Positions 19,101 to 27,603 of a stretch of 64,000 nt of DNA are shown piece by piece. Where the stretch lies: positions 1 to 64,000 of IMG/VR virus record IMGVR_UViG_3300022752_000018; one strand, given 5' to 3'. The translations under genes and the position numbers were made by a program. The notes beneath the pieces are model-generated. The model saw nothing but the letters and a program-made list of their open reading frames with translations. It was not told where the DNA came from and did no database searches. Within the stretch, counting starts at the first letter, position 1; each line of letters begins with the position of its first letter. This DNA is from a virus.

Positions 19101-19690
19101 TAATCACCAATTGATCCTACACTAGCCTTAGGTGTATAATCTTGACCATTATAGTCAACTACTTTTTTGGTATCATTTATGATTAAAGGAGTTCTTTTAA
19201 TAAAAGTTTGACCTAACCCTGTTCCTTTAGGATCACCATTCCACTCAAATACGCCCCAATTACTAACCCTCAAATCTAACCAGTGCGTTCCATTGTTGGC
19301 TTCTGATTCTGGTGTTACTGCTCTAGCATTAATGGCAGCTAAATCAATATCAGCTCTTACAACATAGACCCTATTGCTTACACCTAAATAACTATATGCT
19401 GCCGCTAACCCATATTCATTTTGCTCACCAGCATGAATTGGATTGTTGTTTATATCTGTTTTGAATTGGGCTATACCAAACGTCTCTGATAGATCTCTCT
19501 GGCTAGTGATCAGATAGACCAAGCCCGCATTGGCTTTTAATGTGCCAGGAGCAGTGCCTGTATTAGCTCCATTTGGTTTATTTTCTGCTGTTGCTATAAC
19601 AATTAAAGGTACAGTGCTAGGGGCTGCTGGAGTATAAAAACTCTCGTCTGTTACAGTTACTATAGCACCAGGTGATATAAGTTTTGCCAT
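16154..19690 (-). CDS. contractile tail sheath protein, gp18-like, with large internal insertions (1,178 aa)
   Basis: N-terminal LISPGAIVTVTDESFY. C-terminal PWFAPAGTRRG, LYEVKINPI, DRINVSRL, FEPND and KAVEFIYI. Confidence 0.93.
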   Translation of the reverse strand: MAKLISPGAIVTVTDESFYTPAAPSTVPLIVIATAENKPNGANTGTAPGTLKANAGLVYLITSQRDLSETFGIAQFKTDINNNPIHAGEQNEYGLAAAYSYLGVSNRVYVVRADIDLAAINARAVTPESEANNGTHWLDLRVSNWGVFEWNGDPKGTGLGQTFIKRTPLIINDTKKVVDYNGQDYTPKASVGSIGDYAVVSLHNLDTEYADQDVLWFKSPGNMFGLQSGTWVKVGSEDWAESWPVAVSSKADLSPLLTAFTNGNPRILTFNAYGSSALENLSITKGTAEDIANEINSFSDYLKAGVTKNGRLALYLSRFVQNASISGNAIPDLGLTVGTLNSPVLVTSKHTQVPQFKLTDSTPRPSGSVWIKSTEPSNGISLNVKRYSTESKTWVRMPVVFAANGHSAIYELDKSGGSRLSVGSLYAKYNVEEGETSLHSGNIDNWADNENYDVGDKVFYAGLSYRCVTSHTSSLGTNEPPSSQWIQIPFPDKKAIADYRIFRKRASGATIVTSIRIEENIFPGLSAGDYIEFRMAEGLAGTDQLSTSKLVSYMLTNTADDADGIAGAINNIGFDNLIAEVNSENKVVIRHRLGNDFRIQDETGVSGTDMIEVMFAGETNPNLYDFDAYGGDYRFTASLWEPLKYTASFEPVTSLTVDQTLWYNSITEDVDIMVHNGQKWVGYRELYPNTNAAGPIVSSGAPSKQSDGVSPLVDYDLWVDISDIDAYPRLFRFDNSKPGPIVTRWVLVNTSDQTSEEGIIFFDARWNTTGQGKEAGRIADLLLSDHVDPDCPDPALYPKGMLLWNMRRSGFNVKKFVHNYIDTNTRNVRIKLIDGNGDAYNPIMSNYYPHRWVTISGNKQDGSGNFGRLAQRRVVIDSLQKVVNTSKDIREEARIFNLSACPGYPELIGELISLNFDRGLTAFIVGDTPSRLTPDATSLKAWGDNLKLSVEDNDLGGASYDEYLGMFYPWGFTSDNFGRNIVVPPSHMILRTIAVSDAVSFPWFAPAGTRRGGITNATSVGYVGKEGEFVTVALNTGQRDTLYEVKINPITFFTGAGLVNFGQKTRAKISSAMDRINVSRLVLYLRRQLDILAKPYIFEPNDKITRDEIRGAIESLMLELVGQRALYDYIVVCDDSNNTPSRIDKGELWVDVAIEPVKAVEFIYIPLRLKNTGEIAGL

Positions 19691-19719
19691 TGCTAGATTT
19701 CTCCTAAATCTTACTCAAG

Positions 19720-19726
19720 TATTTAG
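19720..19726 (-). promoter_or_regulatory. late-promoter motif CTAAATA upstream of the sheath gene
   Basis: Minus strand GCTAAATA, followed by an AGGAGA RBS and ATG. Confidence 0.55.
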
Positions 19727-19770
19727 CACAATTGAGTAAAAATGCTTGATTGATTAAGGAGAACTAGTAC

Positions 19771-20439
19771 TTATGCCGTAGTTGAATATAAAAAAGTGAC
19801 TGTGTTATCAGTTTTAAAACTAAGTTTATTTAATATAATACTTTCAATTTGATCATATAGGTTGTTTAAACTGCTATTATTATCAATGACAATGTCAAAT
19901 TCTGTACCTATCCATTTCCATTCACTAGGGTGTACACCTAGATCTTCCATATATTTTATAGATTTTTTATTACCATTATTTGCTTCTAAAGCAACATCGT
20001 ACCAAGAAGGTATATCACCTCTTTGAACACAAATAATTAATCCTTCGTTATTCTTTATTGCTTTTATCTCGTTAGGAAATCTACAATCACTTATGACCAC
20101 ATTATCTTTGCTAGTGCGTAATTTATTTTCTAAACTGGCTATCCATATATCGTCATGAAATCCTTGGCGGCAAACTTCTGTACCCCAATTCTGTAATACC
20201 CACCTTGGTGTGATTTTCATACCTAGACGATTACTCCACCAAAAATCTACTTGCTCACGCCATTCTCTACTCTGCTTGGTACGCCCTTCCAACATATCTC
20301 TATCCCATCCAAACACAGCAGCTACAGCATCTTTCAAACTACGAGCAAAGCTCTCTCTTCTAAATTCATGAAAATTCACCAAGTAATCAGCTACAGTATC
20401 TTTACCACTTCCAATAAGACCGCATATCCCAATGATCAT
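19771..20439 (-). CDS. deoxynucleoside monophosphate kinase, T4 gp1-like
   Basis: IIGICGLIGSGKDTVA P-loop, SFARSLKDAV, TPRWVLQNWGTEVCR and VISDCRFPNE. Confidence 0.9.
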   Translation of the reverse strand: MIIGICGLIGSGKDTVADYLVNFHEFRRESFARSLKDAVAAVFGWDRDMLEGRTKQSREWREQVDFWWSNRLGMKITPRWVLQNWGTEVCRQGFHDDIWIASLENKLRTSKDNVVISDCRFPNEIKAIKNNEGLIICVQRGDIPSWYDVALEANNGNKKSIKYMEDLGVHPSEWKWIGTEFDIVIDNNSSLNNLYDQIESIILNKLSFKTDNTVTFLYSTTA

Positions 20440-20440
20440 A

Positions 20441-20644
20441 TTAATCCTTTATCAAATAAAAATCTTTTACTGTAGGATCTTCAGCTGATATAGTCCATTT
20501 TTCTAATGGACACTCACTTGTGCTCCAAACAACCTTAGCTGGCACAAAACATAAGCACTCATTACAAAATTTAAAAGAATTAAATCTATCACAAGTCTTA
20601 CAAATACTGTATCTTTCTTCAGCAATTTTTTTATTAACAAGCAC
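20441..20644 (-). CDS. small Cys-rich protein (CxxC...CxxCxC...C)
   Basis: ERYSICKTC...CNECLCFVPAK...SECPLEKW, with a GAGG RBS upstream. Confidence 0.7.
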   Translation of the reverse strand: MLVNKKIAEERYSICKTCDRFNSFKFCNECLCFVPAKVVWSTSECPLEKWTISAEDPTVKDFYLIKD

Positions 20645-20660
20645 CTCAGATCCTTATTAT

Positions 20661-20689
20661 ATTATGTATTTTTAAAGACTATTTGTCAA
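20661..20689 (-). promoter_or_regulatory. sigma70-like promoter (TTGACA-17-CATAAT)
   Basis: Near-consensus -35/-10 pair upstream of the Cys-rich and dNMP kinase genes. Confidence 0.6.
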
Positions 20690-20697
20690 GATTAGTT

Positions 20698-21483
20698 TTA
20701 ACCGATAATAAATGTATAACCTGTGCCACCAGCAACATATGTATCTATTTCTTTTTCCAATTTTTCAATTTCCTCTTTGGCTGCTGATTTTAAATCTGAT
20801 CCATTTAGTCCGCCTGCCCCCCCAGGACCCGCGATTTGACTAAATTTACTTCTAGCTTCGCCCAACATCATCTTACAGTTGGCCAATGTATAATCCTTAA
20901 ACCAAGGACTGGCATAAGGATCTTGTAATAAAATATAATCTGGTCTATGATTATATCCTCTAATTAATACCTGCTCGCCCTCAGCATAAGGTCTTTGAAG
21001 TATTCTTAAAGTATGTGTTGTTGGTATCCACTGGAATTCAATAAAAGCACCAAACATACGCCCTACTAATTCCTGATATTGAGCAAACATATCATAAGTA
21101 GCAATACCTCCTAACATAGTACTATTCAACAAATATGTATTTGTATAAGCTAGGTTAAAAGGTTCAAATTGAGTACCGCCACTGCCGCCTGCTGTGCGAC
21201 TACCTATAGTACGACGGAATATGCTACGTACTTCTATAATTTCTTTAGGCAATCTATAATCATTAGTGTCTTCTTTTAGCTCTAAAAAATAGTATGCTTC
21301 TTCTACAGCATTCGGACTTTTTTGACGATACTTAGCTAGAGCACGATCTAAAGCAATTTCATAATGTTCAGGATCCAATTCTACATCAACCATACCATCG
21401 CCTAGCATGGTCCTTACATACTTGTAAACATTTTCACGTTCTTCTATAACAGGGTTCTTAGACATATTTCGATCTCCTAACAT
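20698..21483 (-). CDS. neck protein, T4 gp13-like (likely start MSKNP at ~21465)
   Basis: MLG.GMVDVEL..EH, and YTLANCKMMLGEARSKF....GPGG...LNG..LK..A.EEIEKL motifs typical of gp13. Confidence 0.82.
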   Translation of the reverse strand: MLGDRNMSKNPVIEERENVYKYVRTMLGDGMVDVELDPEHYEIALDRALAKYRQKSPNAVEEAYYFLELKEDTNDYRLPKEIIEVRSIFRRTIGSRTAGGSGGTQFEPFNLAYTNTYLLNSTMLGGIATYDMFAQYQELVGRMFGAFIEFQWIPTTHTLRILQRPYAEGEQVLIRGYNHRPDYILLQDPYASPWFKDYTLANCKMMLGEARSKFSQIAGPGGAGGLNGSDLKSAAKEEIEKLEKEIDTYVAGGTGYTFIIG

Positions 21484-21501
21484 ATTTAGCTATGATAAAT
21501 A
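21483..21501. promoter_or_regulatory. back-to-back divergent late-promoter motifs (CTAAATA on minus, ATAAATA on plus)
   Basis: Both motifs lie in the 22-bp gap between the divergent gp13- and gp14-like genes. Confidence 0.55.
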
Positions 21502-21505
21502 CCAT

Positions 21506-22660
21506 ATGCCTCGCTTGAGCCTATATCGTCCAGAACGTGGAAACGACTTTAAATTCATTGATCGCCAGATCAGTGAAATGTTCAGCATTGGCGGCACAGA
21601 TTTTTATCTACATAAATATCTTGGTTCTAACACGAGTCCAGAAAATGCCACAGCAGATCAACCTCATTATGCTGAACTAAAAGAAACTAATATACAAGAT
21701 TTATTACTACTGGAAAACCGTGACCGTAAATATGACCCTAGCATTTATAAAATAAGGGGTCATTACCAAGTTCAAAATTTAGATTTTAATCTAAGCCAAT
21801 TTGGGCTTTTTATAGACAATGATACTATATTTGCCACTGTTCATATAAATGATTGGATACGTACTGTAGGGCGTAAACCTCTTAGCGGTGATGTATTTGA
21901 ATTACCTCATCTTGTAGATGAATTTGCTTTAAATGATTATAACATTGCCCTACCTAGATATTTTGTTATTGAAGATGTTAGTCGTGCTAGTGAAGGGTTC
22001 AGTCAAACTTGGTGGCCTCATTTATATAGATTAAAACTAAAGAAAATAACAGATAGTCAAGCATTCGCTGATATACTAGATAAGCCTGCCGGTGAAAATA
22101 CTGATCAAACTCTACGTGAAATTTTAAGTACTAAATTACAAGAACTTGAAATAAACGAAGCTATTCTTACACAAGCAGAAGCAGATGCTCCACAAAGTGG
22201 GTATGAGACACGACACTTGTTTACCTTAGGGGTAGATGAGCAAGGTAATCCAGTTTTAGAAACTGTTGATCAAAGTGATATAGACGCAAGTGATAGTCAA
22301 TATGATGCTAGTAGAATATTTGGTAGGGCTCAGAGACCAGGATACGTAGGGCATTTAGTAGGCGATGGGTTTCCTCCTAATGGATATGAATTTGGTCATG
22401 GTATAAACTTTCCTACTGGTGCTGCTAAAGATGACTATTTTTTAAGAACAGATTTTTTACCTAATAGATTATTTAGATATGATGGAAAAAGATGGATCAA
22501 AACTGAGGATGCTGTAAGACATACATTGACAAATAATAATAACAGAAAAACTCATAGATTAGGATTCATCAATAACGATAAAGTAAGCACCATTAATGGT
22601 GAACAAGTAGTAGAAAGACAAGCTCTAAGTAAAGTTTTGAAACCAAAGGCTGATCTATAA
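21506..22660 (+). CDS. neck/head-closure protein, T4 gp14-like, with C-terminal extension
   Basis: LSQFGLFIDND.IF.TVHIND, GDVFELPHL and WWPHLYRL motifs; adjacent to the gp13- and gp15-like genes. Confidence 0.7.
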   Translation: MPRLSLYRPERGNDFKFIDRQISEMFSIGGTDFYLHKYLGSNTSPENATADQPHYAELKETNIQDLLLLENRDRKYDPSIYKIRGHYQVQNLDFNLSQFGLFIDNDTIFATVHINDWIRTVGRKPLSGDVFELPHLVDEFALNDYNIALPRYFVIEDVSRASEGFSQTWWPHLYRLKLKKITDSQAFADILDKPAGENTDQTLREILSTKLQELEINEAILTQAEADAPQSGYETRHLFTLGVDEQGNPVLETVDQSDIDASDSQYDASRIFGRAQRPGYVGHLVGDGFPPNGYEFGHGINFPTGAAKDDYFLRTDFLPNRLFRYDGKRWIKTEDAVRHTLTNNNNRKTHRLGFINNDKVSTINGEQVVERQALSKVLKPKADL

Positions 22661-22707
22661 TGTATATCTATTTTAATAAATTGGAGGCTTCGGTTTGACG
22701 CCGTTGA

Positions 22708-24345
22708 ATTATTATTCAGTTTTTCTATGACGGTCAAATAAGAAGATATCTAGTACAAACCATAAGACTACTCAGCAACTTTGTGGTAAAATATGGAGAT
22801 GGGCGTTTGGCACCTGTACCTGTAATGTACGGCGACATAGATAGGCAGGTAGCAAATATACTAAAAGACAATAGCGAAAATAAAGTAAACGGACCTCCTA
22901 GAATCGCAATTTATGTATCTGATTTAGAAATGGAAAAAGATAGACTGGCAGACCCTACATTTGTTGGTAAAATTCATCTACGTGAAAGATCTATAGAAAA
23001 TGGTGAGTATACTAGTAGTCAAGGTGGTAATTTTACTGTAGAAAGACTAATGCCTACACCATATAAATTAGGAGTAAAGGCGGATATCTGGGCAGGTTCA
23101 ACAGAACAAAAATTACAAATTTTAGAACAAATATTAATGTTATTCAATCCTAGTTTAGACATTCAAACTACAGATAATTATATTGACTGGACTAGTTTAA
23201 GCGTAGTTTATTTGGACGATGTACAATTTAGTAGTAAAACTATTCCAATAGGACAAGATTCGCCTATAGATATTGCTACACTTACATTCAGCATGCCTAT
23301 TTGGATTAGTCCGCCTAGTAAAGTTAAGAAACTTGGTGTTGTAAACAAAATTGTTATGAGTATGTTTACAAATATAGGAACACCGGCACCTGGCTATATT
23401 GACGGACTTGGGTTAGATCCAGGTCAGGGCAGCGTTGATTTATATGATGAAATACCATCACCAATACGAATTGAGCTTATCGATTATAATATAATTGTAT
23501 ACGGTGGTAAAGCCAAGGTGTTTTCACCTACAGAAGCAGGTCATTCAAATGATGATATTACTAAAACTGAAGTAGTCAGTTTATTTCCTGTTGATTGGTT
23601 TAAAATATTCAGCAAGCTTCCAAATACTTATAGCCCTGGTGAAAGCAAAATTTTCTTAAAACAACCTAGTGGCTTAGAAGTTGTAGGGACCATAGTTATA
23701 GATCCAATTGATAGTACTTTACTTAATATAAATTGGGATCAAGATACTTATCCTAGTAATACTAATATAGATTCACCAAATAGATCAAATAGTCCTGGTA
23801 CCTTTGATGCGATCATAGATCCACAGACTAAAGGACCAAATTCAGGACTACCTACTCCAAATATTGGTACAAGGTATCTGATTATTAATAATATTGGAGG
23901 TGGCATAAGAGAAACTCTTATAGCAGATAATACCAGTAATAGAATAGATACCAATATAGACTTTGTTCAAGTTAGAGATGTTGAAGTTTATGTAAATGAT
24001 GTACCTGTTAGCTTTATCACTCATAATCTCGATGACAAATTTGTTATACAACTAACAAACGATGCTGTTGTAGATGACATAATTACCTACATACTTTATA
24101 CGGACGAAGACGGCCCAGATGCTTGGAAAAATACCGTTGGGGGGGACTTTTTAGCCAACGCTAATGATATTATAGAATGGGACGGATCTAGTTGGAATGT
24201 TATTTTTGATAGTATGAAAGAAAAAGATTCTATATTTTACCTAACTGACATACATAATGGTGTACAGTTTAAGTGGGACGGCATAAGTTGGAGTAAAAGT
24301 TTTGAAGGTGAATATCGTAAAGGATCATGGAGATTAATACTGTAA
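22708..24345 (+). CDS. tail terminator / sheath stabiliser, T4 gp15-like, with C-terminal extension; start probably ATT at 22708-22714
   Basis: The in-frame segment QFFYDGQIRRYLVQTIRLLSNF lies upstream of the annotated GTG (22783) and resembles the gp15 N-terminus. It is followed by VPVMYGD, PRIAIY, MPTPY.L, QILEQILMLFNP and DIATLTFSMPIWISPP. Confidence 0.75.
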   Translation: MIIQFFYDGQIRRYLVQTIRLLSNFVVKYGDGRLAPVPVMYGDIDRQVANILKDNSENKVNGPPRIAIYVSDLEMEKDRLADPTFVGKIHLRERSIENGEYTSSQGGNFTVERLMPTPYKLGVKADIWAGSTEQKLQILEQILMLFNPSLDIQTTDNYIDWTSLSVVYLDDVQFSSKTIPIGQDSPIDIATLTFSMPIWISPPSKVKKLGVVNKIVMSMFTNIGTPAPGYIDGLGLDPGQGSVDLYDEIPSPIRIELIDYNIIVYGGKAKVFSPTEAGHSNDDITKTEVVSLFPVDWFKIFSKLPNTYSPGESKIFLKQPSGLEVVGTIVIDPIDSTLLNINWDQDTYPSNTNIDSPNRSNSPGTFDAIIDPQTKGPNSGLPTPNIGTRYLIINNIGGGIRETLIADNTSNRIDTNIDFVQVRDVEVYVNDVPVSFITHNLDDKFVIQLTNDAVVDDIITYILYTDEDGPDAWKNTVGGDFLANANDIIEWDGSSWNVIFDSMKEKDSIFYLTDIHNGVQFKWDGISWSKSFEGEYRKGSWRLIL

Positions 24346-24776
24346 AAGATAAGATTGTATGTAGTGGTGCTCTATTTTATTCTAAAAATACAAAACGAGT
24401 TTTCCTACTTCAAAAAGCAAATGGTAAGCATCGTGGAACTTGGAGTTTGGTGGGCGGTACTGTTGAATCTAACGAAAATGCCTGGCAAAGTCTAACTAGA
24501 GAAATTAATGAAGAAATAGGTACGATGCCAGATATAATTAAATCAATACCTCTTGAAACATTTGTAAGTAATGATACCATATTTAATTTCCATACTTATT
24601 TGTGCGTAGTTCATAATGAATTCACTCCCATTTTGAGTAATGAACATTCAGGATATAGTTGGACAAATATTGATCAATGTCCAAAACCTTTACATCAAGG
24701 TCTACGTAGTAGTCTAAGTAATAAAAATATCCGAGGTAAGATTCAAGTCATTATGAATTTAATGGATATGATTTAG
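24327..24776 (+). CDS. NUDIX hydrolase
   Basis: Nudix box GGTVESNENAWQSLTREINEEIG. Confidence 0.88.
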   Translation: MEINTVKDKIVCSGALFYSKNTKRVFLLQKANGKHRGTWSLVGGTVESNENAWQSLTREINEEIGTMPDIIKSIPLETFVSNDTIFNFHTYLCVVHNEFTPILSNEHSGYSWTNIDQCPKPLHQGLRSSLSNKNIRGKIQVIMNLMDMI

Positions 24777-25552
24777 AAACCAACATATTTCTTCCTTAAA
24801 AATTCTAAATCAAATCTTTGTTCATTAAGCACATGAGGTTGACCTATCCAAGGTTCAGTAGTTGGCCAACATGTTCTCCAATGTTTATCCCATTTAGTGG
24901 TAAGATATTCGATATTCATATCTCTTGCTTCATCTAATTTTTTCATTACTTCTGGGTCATGTCTACGAGTATTCCCACCATAAAAATGATACTCAGTCTT
25001 ATCACCTGCTCCATGATAATACATACTGTTTAACCCTAAAACTTTTTTAACACCAGCATGCATCATACGCATGATATAGTCATCATCTTCACAATAAGCA
25101 GGATACATATTCTCATCAAATAATCCAAACTTAGCTACAAGATGATCTCTTAAAACAAAAAGATCCCAACTACCCACATTGAAATCACCTTGATTAGCAT
25201 GTATGATTCCTACTTCTGGATCTTCTTGAATTTTATCATATATTTCCTTTAAAATACCTGGTCCAAAAGAAACATCATCATTAACTATAAGCCAATATGG
25301 AGACATCAAATAACTTTTAATAATTAAATTCCAACTAGCGGGAACGCCTAAATTACAGGGCATGTGAACTACATGTACTTTATTAATAAATCTACGTTTA
25401 ATTTTGGCTAAAGCATCTAAGTTTTCTGTAATCTCCCCTTTACCATTATTATTAATAATTAAGAAATTATCAACTGGAAAATCAACACTGGCTAATAATC
25501 TTTCAACCCAATATGTTGTAAAAACTACACAAGTACCTATCACTGGAATCAT
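24773..25552 (-). CDS. glycosyltransferase, GT-A fold (family 2-like)
   Basis: NLGVPASWN, WLIVNDDV (DxD-like), GLFDENMYPAYCEDDDY and HGAG motifs. Confidence 0.82.
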   Translation of the reverse strand: MIPVIGTCVVFTTYWVERLLASVDFPVDNFLIINNNGKGEITENLDALAKIKRRFINKVHVVHMPCNLGVPASWNLIIKSYLMSPYWLIVNDDVSFGPGILKEIYDKIQEDPEVGIIHANQGDFNVGSWDLFVLRDHLVAKFGLFDENMYPAYCEDDDYIMRMMHAGVKKVLGLNSMYYHGAGDKTEYHFYGGNTRRHDPEVMKKLDEARDMNIEYLTTKWDKHWRTCWPTTEPWIGQPHVLNEQRFDLEFLRKKYVGF

Positions 25553-25558
25553 AATTTT

Positions 25559-26812
25559 TTATCCTACTAGAATATAATGTTGACCTTTTTTGGTCTTACT
25601 GTCTAAATTTGTCATCATGTTTAATATATTTTTATCTACGTAATCTGCGTGGACATACCAATCCTCATAATTCCGCCATTCATCTGGAGCTATATCATTT
25701 ACAACTAATGTATACCCTTTTGATTTTAGATAATTTCTAGATTCTTCTCTTAATTCTTTTTTATCGGTATTATAATAATCATGTTCATATGTAATAACTC
25801 TAAACTTAAATTCATCAAAAGGGATCTTCTTTAAAATTTCAAAAGTCACCTCAGGTGGATCACAATCTAATTGTAAATAATCAACTACAGGACCTAAATT
25901 CAACTCTTTAATTAACTTTACATAATTAATTTCCAGAGCATTTTTAATTAAGAAAGGCGTAGATCTCTTGTTAGAAACCTGCCTCTCATCTAAATCAATA
26001 CTTATACCTCGCCAATTAAACCCTTTCTCCAATAGAGCTGTATTATTTCCATAAAATGGTCTACCTGCACCTACTTCTATAAATGTGCCATTCTTCTTAC
26101 CATTGAGCATAGTAAGCACAAACATATCTTGATAAGCTTCGCTATAATTAGTTTCAATAGTTTCTGATCCTGGAAACTTGATCTTCAATTTATCATACAT
26201 CGTATGATCATAACTATCAAATGGTATTTCAATATAATTGCTCATAAACTTTAAATTATTATAAACAATTCTTTTATACTGTTCAGGTAGTTGATTACTC
26301 CTCATAAGATTTTTAAAAATTGTTCTACTTTCATCACATAAGCCACAATGCCAACCACTAAGAGCTTTTTGAAATAATAAATTATCTAAACCTAAATATC
26401 CTACATCTGTACGTAATCCTGTACTAATAGTCCCTGCAACTTTTTCACCTATAGTAGAAATCATATAAGTGTCATTCCAATGTCCATCATCTTGTTTATG
26501 TTCATAAAATCTACTTAAATGAAAATATGCTTCTGGACGATTTGGTAAAATTGAAATAGCATGTTGTAATAGTCCTTTTACTGTAAAATTTCTGCTACCT
26601 TGCTTTTCAAAACACATACTTGCCCTAATGAGGCATTCGTATTTAAATATGTCATCATTAGTTCTCTCGGCAGTTCTTAGATAATAACTTACAGCACTGG
26701 CTAATTGACCCATATTATCATATTCCAAAGCCATTTGAAAATTTGACTCTGGATTTGATGGGTCATTTATATAATTCAATAAATGTGGTTGTATTTTAAT
26801 GGCTTCAAGCAT
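25559..26812 (-). CDS. TPR-repeat protein fused to an FkbM-like methyltransferase domain
   Basis: N-terminal helical TPR-like units (PEAYFHLSRFYE). C-terminal GTFIEVGAG...NNTALLE..WRGISID, DYLQLDCDP and VITYEHD. Confidence 0.75.
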   Translation of the reverse strand: MLEAIKIQPHLLNYINDPSNPESNFQMALEYDNMGQLASAVSYYLRTAERTNDDIFKYECLIRASMCFEKQGSRNFTVKGLLQHAISILPNRPEAYFHLSRFYEHKQDDGHWNDTYMISTIGEKVAGTISTGLRTDVGYLGLDNLLFQKALSGWHCGLCDESRTIFKNLMRSNQLPEQYKRIVYNNLKFMSNYIEIPFDSYDHTMYDKLKIKFPGSETIETNYSEAYQDMFVLTMLNGKKNGTFIEVGAGRPFYGNNTALLEKGFNWRGISIDLDERQVSNKRSTPFLIKNALEINYVKLIKELNLGPVVDYLQLDCDPPEVTFEILKKIPFDEFKFRVITYEHDYYNTDKKELREESRNYLKSKGYTLVVNDIAPDEWRNYEDWYVHADYVDKNILNMMTNLDSKTKKGQHYILVG

Positions 26813-27551
26813 AGTGGTCTATATCCAAAATATTTTTATGTACAATATCAACATTACCTAAAAAATAGTAATTGTTTGATAAAATTAAATGTAAAATTCT
26901 TTCTCCAAAAAAATCATAAAATCTAACCTGTTGGTTTCTTTTATAAATTTCTGGAATTATTGAAGAATAATTACTATGAAATTCAAATAAAACTTGAAAT
27001 AATATTTCACAAATTCTATTAAAAAGTGTTTGTTCTGCTGTGAACATATGAAACGGAATCAAATACTTATACGTTCTAAGTTGATCTATCATATTTACAG
27101 TGATAGGTATACGGCGATCCCCTGCCAATCCATAAAGTAATTGCCAACCTAATTGATTATGACAATGAGTAAAATGGTCATAAACATTATCAACATGAGG
27201 AGCGAACCCTTTTATAGCAGTTACAATATCTTTGGCTTCAGGCACATATACCCTATTAGGTTTAAGATCAAATTTTTCTTCATCCCAAAATATACGGTAT
27301 GTGTTAGTACCTTTGTATTCATGATCTGTGTTTTTCCAAACCCAATATAAACCTGTTAAACTACCAAAATCATTATTCATATGACTTATATGATCTTTGG
27401 TATGATCTATTAAAAATCCACGTTCTTGCATGGCAACTACATCCATATGATTATAATTAATAGATCCACACATCAAATTGATTTGATCAAATTGACGTCT
27501 TTTTGGTTCGCGGCCTACATAACATAGGCAATACATAGCTAGTTGCTGCAT
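26805..27551 (-). CDS. DUF4422-like putative glycosyltransferase
   Basis: DHISHMN..FGSLTGLYWVWKN......YR and ERILH motifs resemble DUF4422 (ELTxxYWxWKN...YRR, ERL). Confidence 0.65.
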   Translation of the reverse strand: MQQLAMYCLCYVGREPKRRQFDQINLMCGSINYNHMDVVAMQERGFLIDHTKDHISHMNNDFGSLTGLYWVWKNTDHEYKGTNTYRIFWDEEKFDLKPNRVYVPEAKDIVTAIKGFAPHVDNVYDHFTHCHNQLGWQLLYGLAGDRRIPITVNMIDQLRTYKYLIPFHMFTAEQTLFNRICEILFQVLFEFHSNYSSIIPEIYKRNQQVRFYDFFGERILHLILSNNYYFLGNVDIVHKNILDIDHYA

Positions 27552-27573
27552 AAATATAATTATCTATACAGTT

Positions 27574-27601
27574 ATTATATAGGATTTTTTTTATTTGTCA
27601 A
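27574..27601 (-). promoter_or_regulatory. perfect sigma70 consensus promoter (TTGACA-16-TATAAT)
   Basis: Read on the minus strand directly upstream of the DUF4422, TPR-FkbM and GT2 genes. Confidence 0.7.
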
Positions 27602-27603
27602 TA

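Noticed and set aside
22660-22707. TGA readthrough or an alternative genetic code at the gp15 start
   Set aside because: TGA, TAG and TAA all act as normal stops for well-supported genes elsewhere, and two consecutive readthroughs would be needed.
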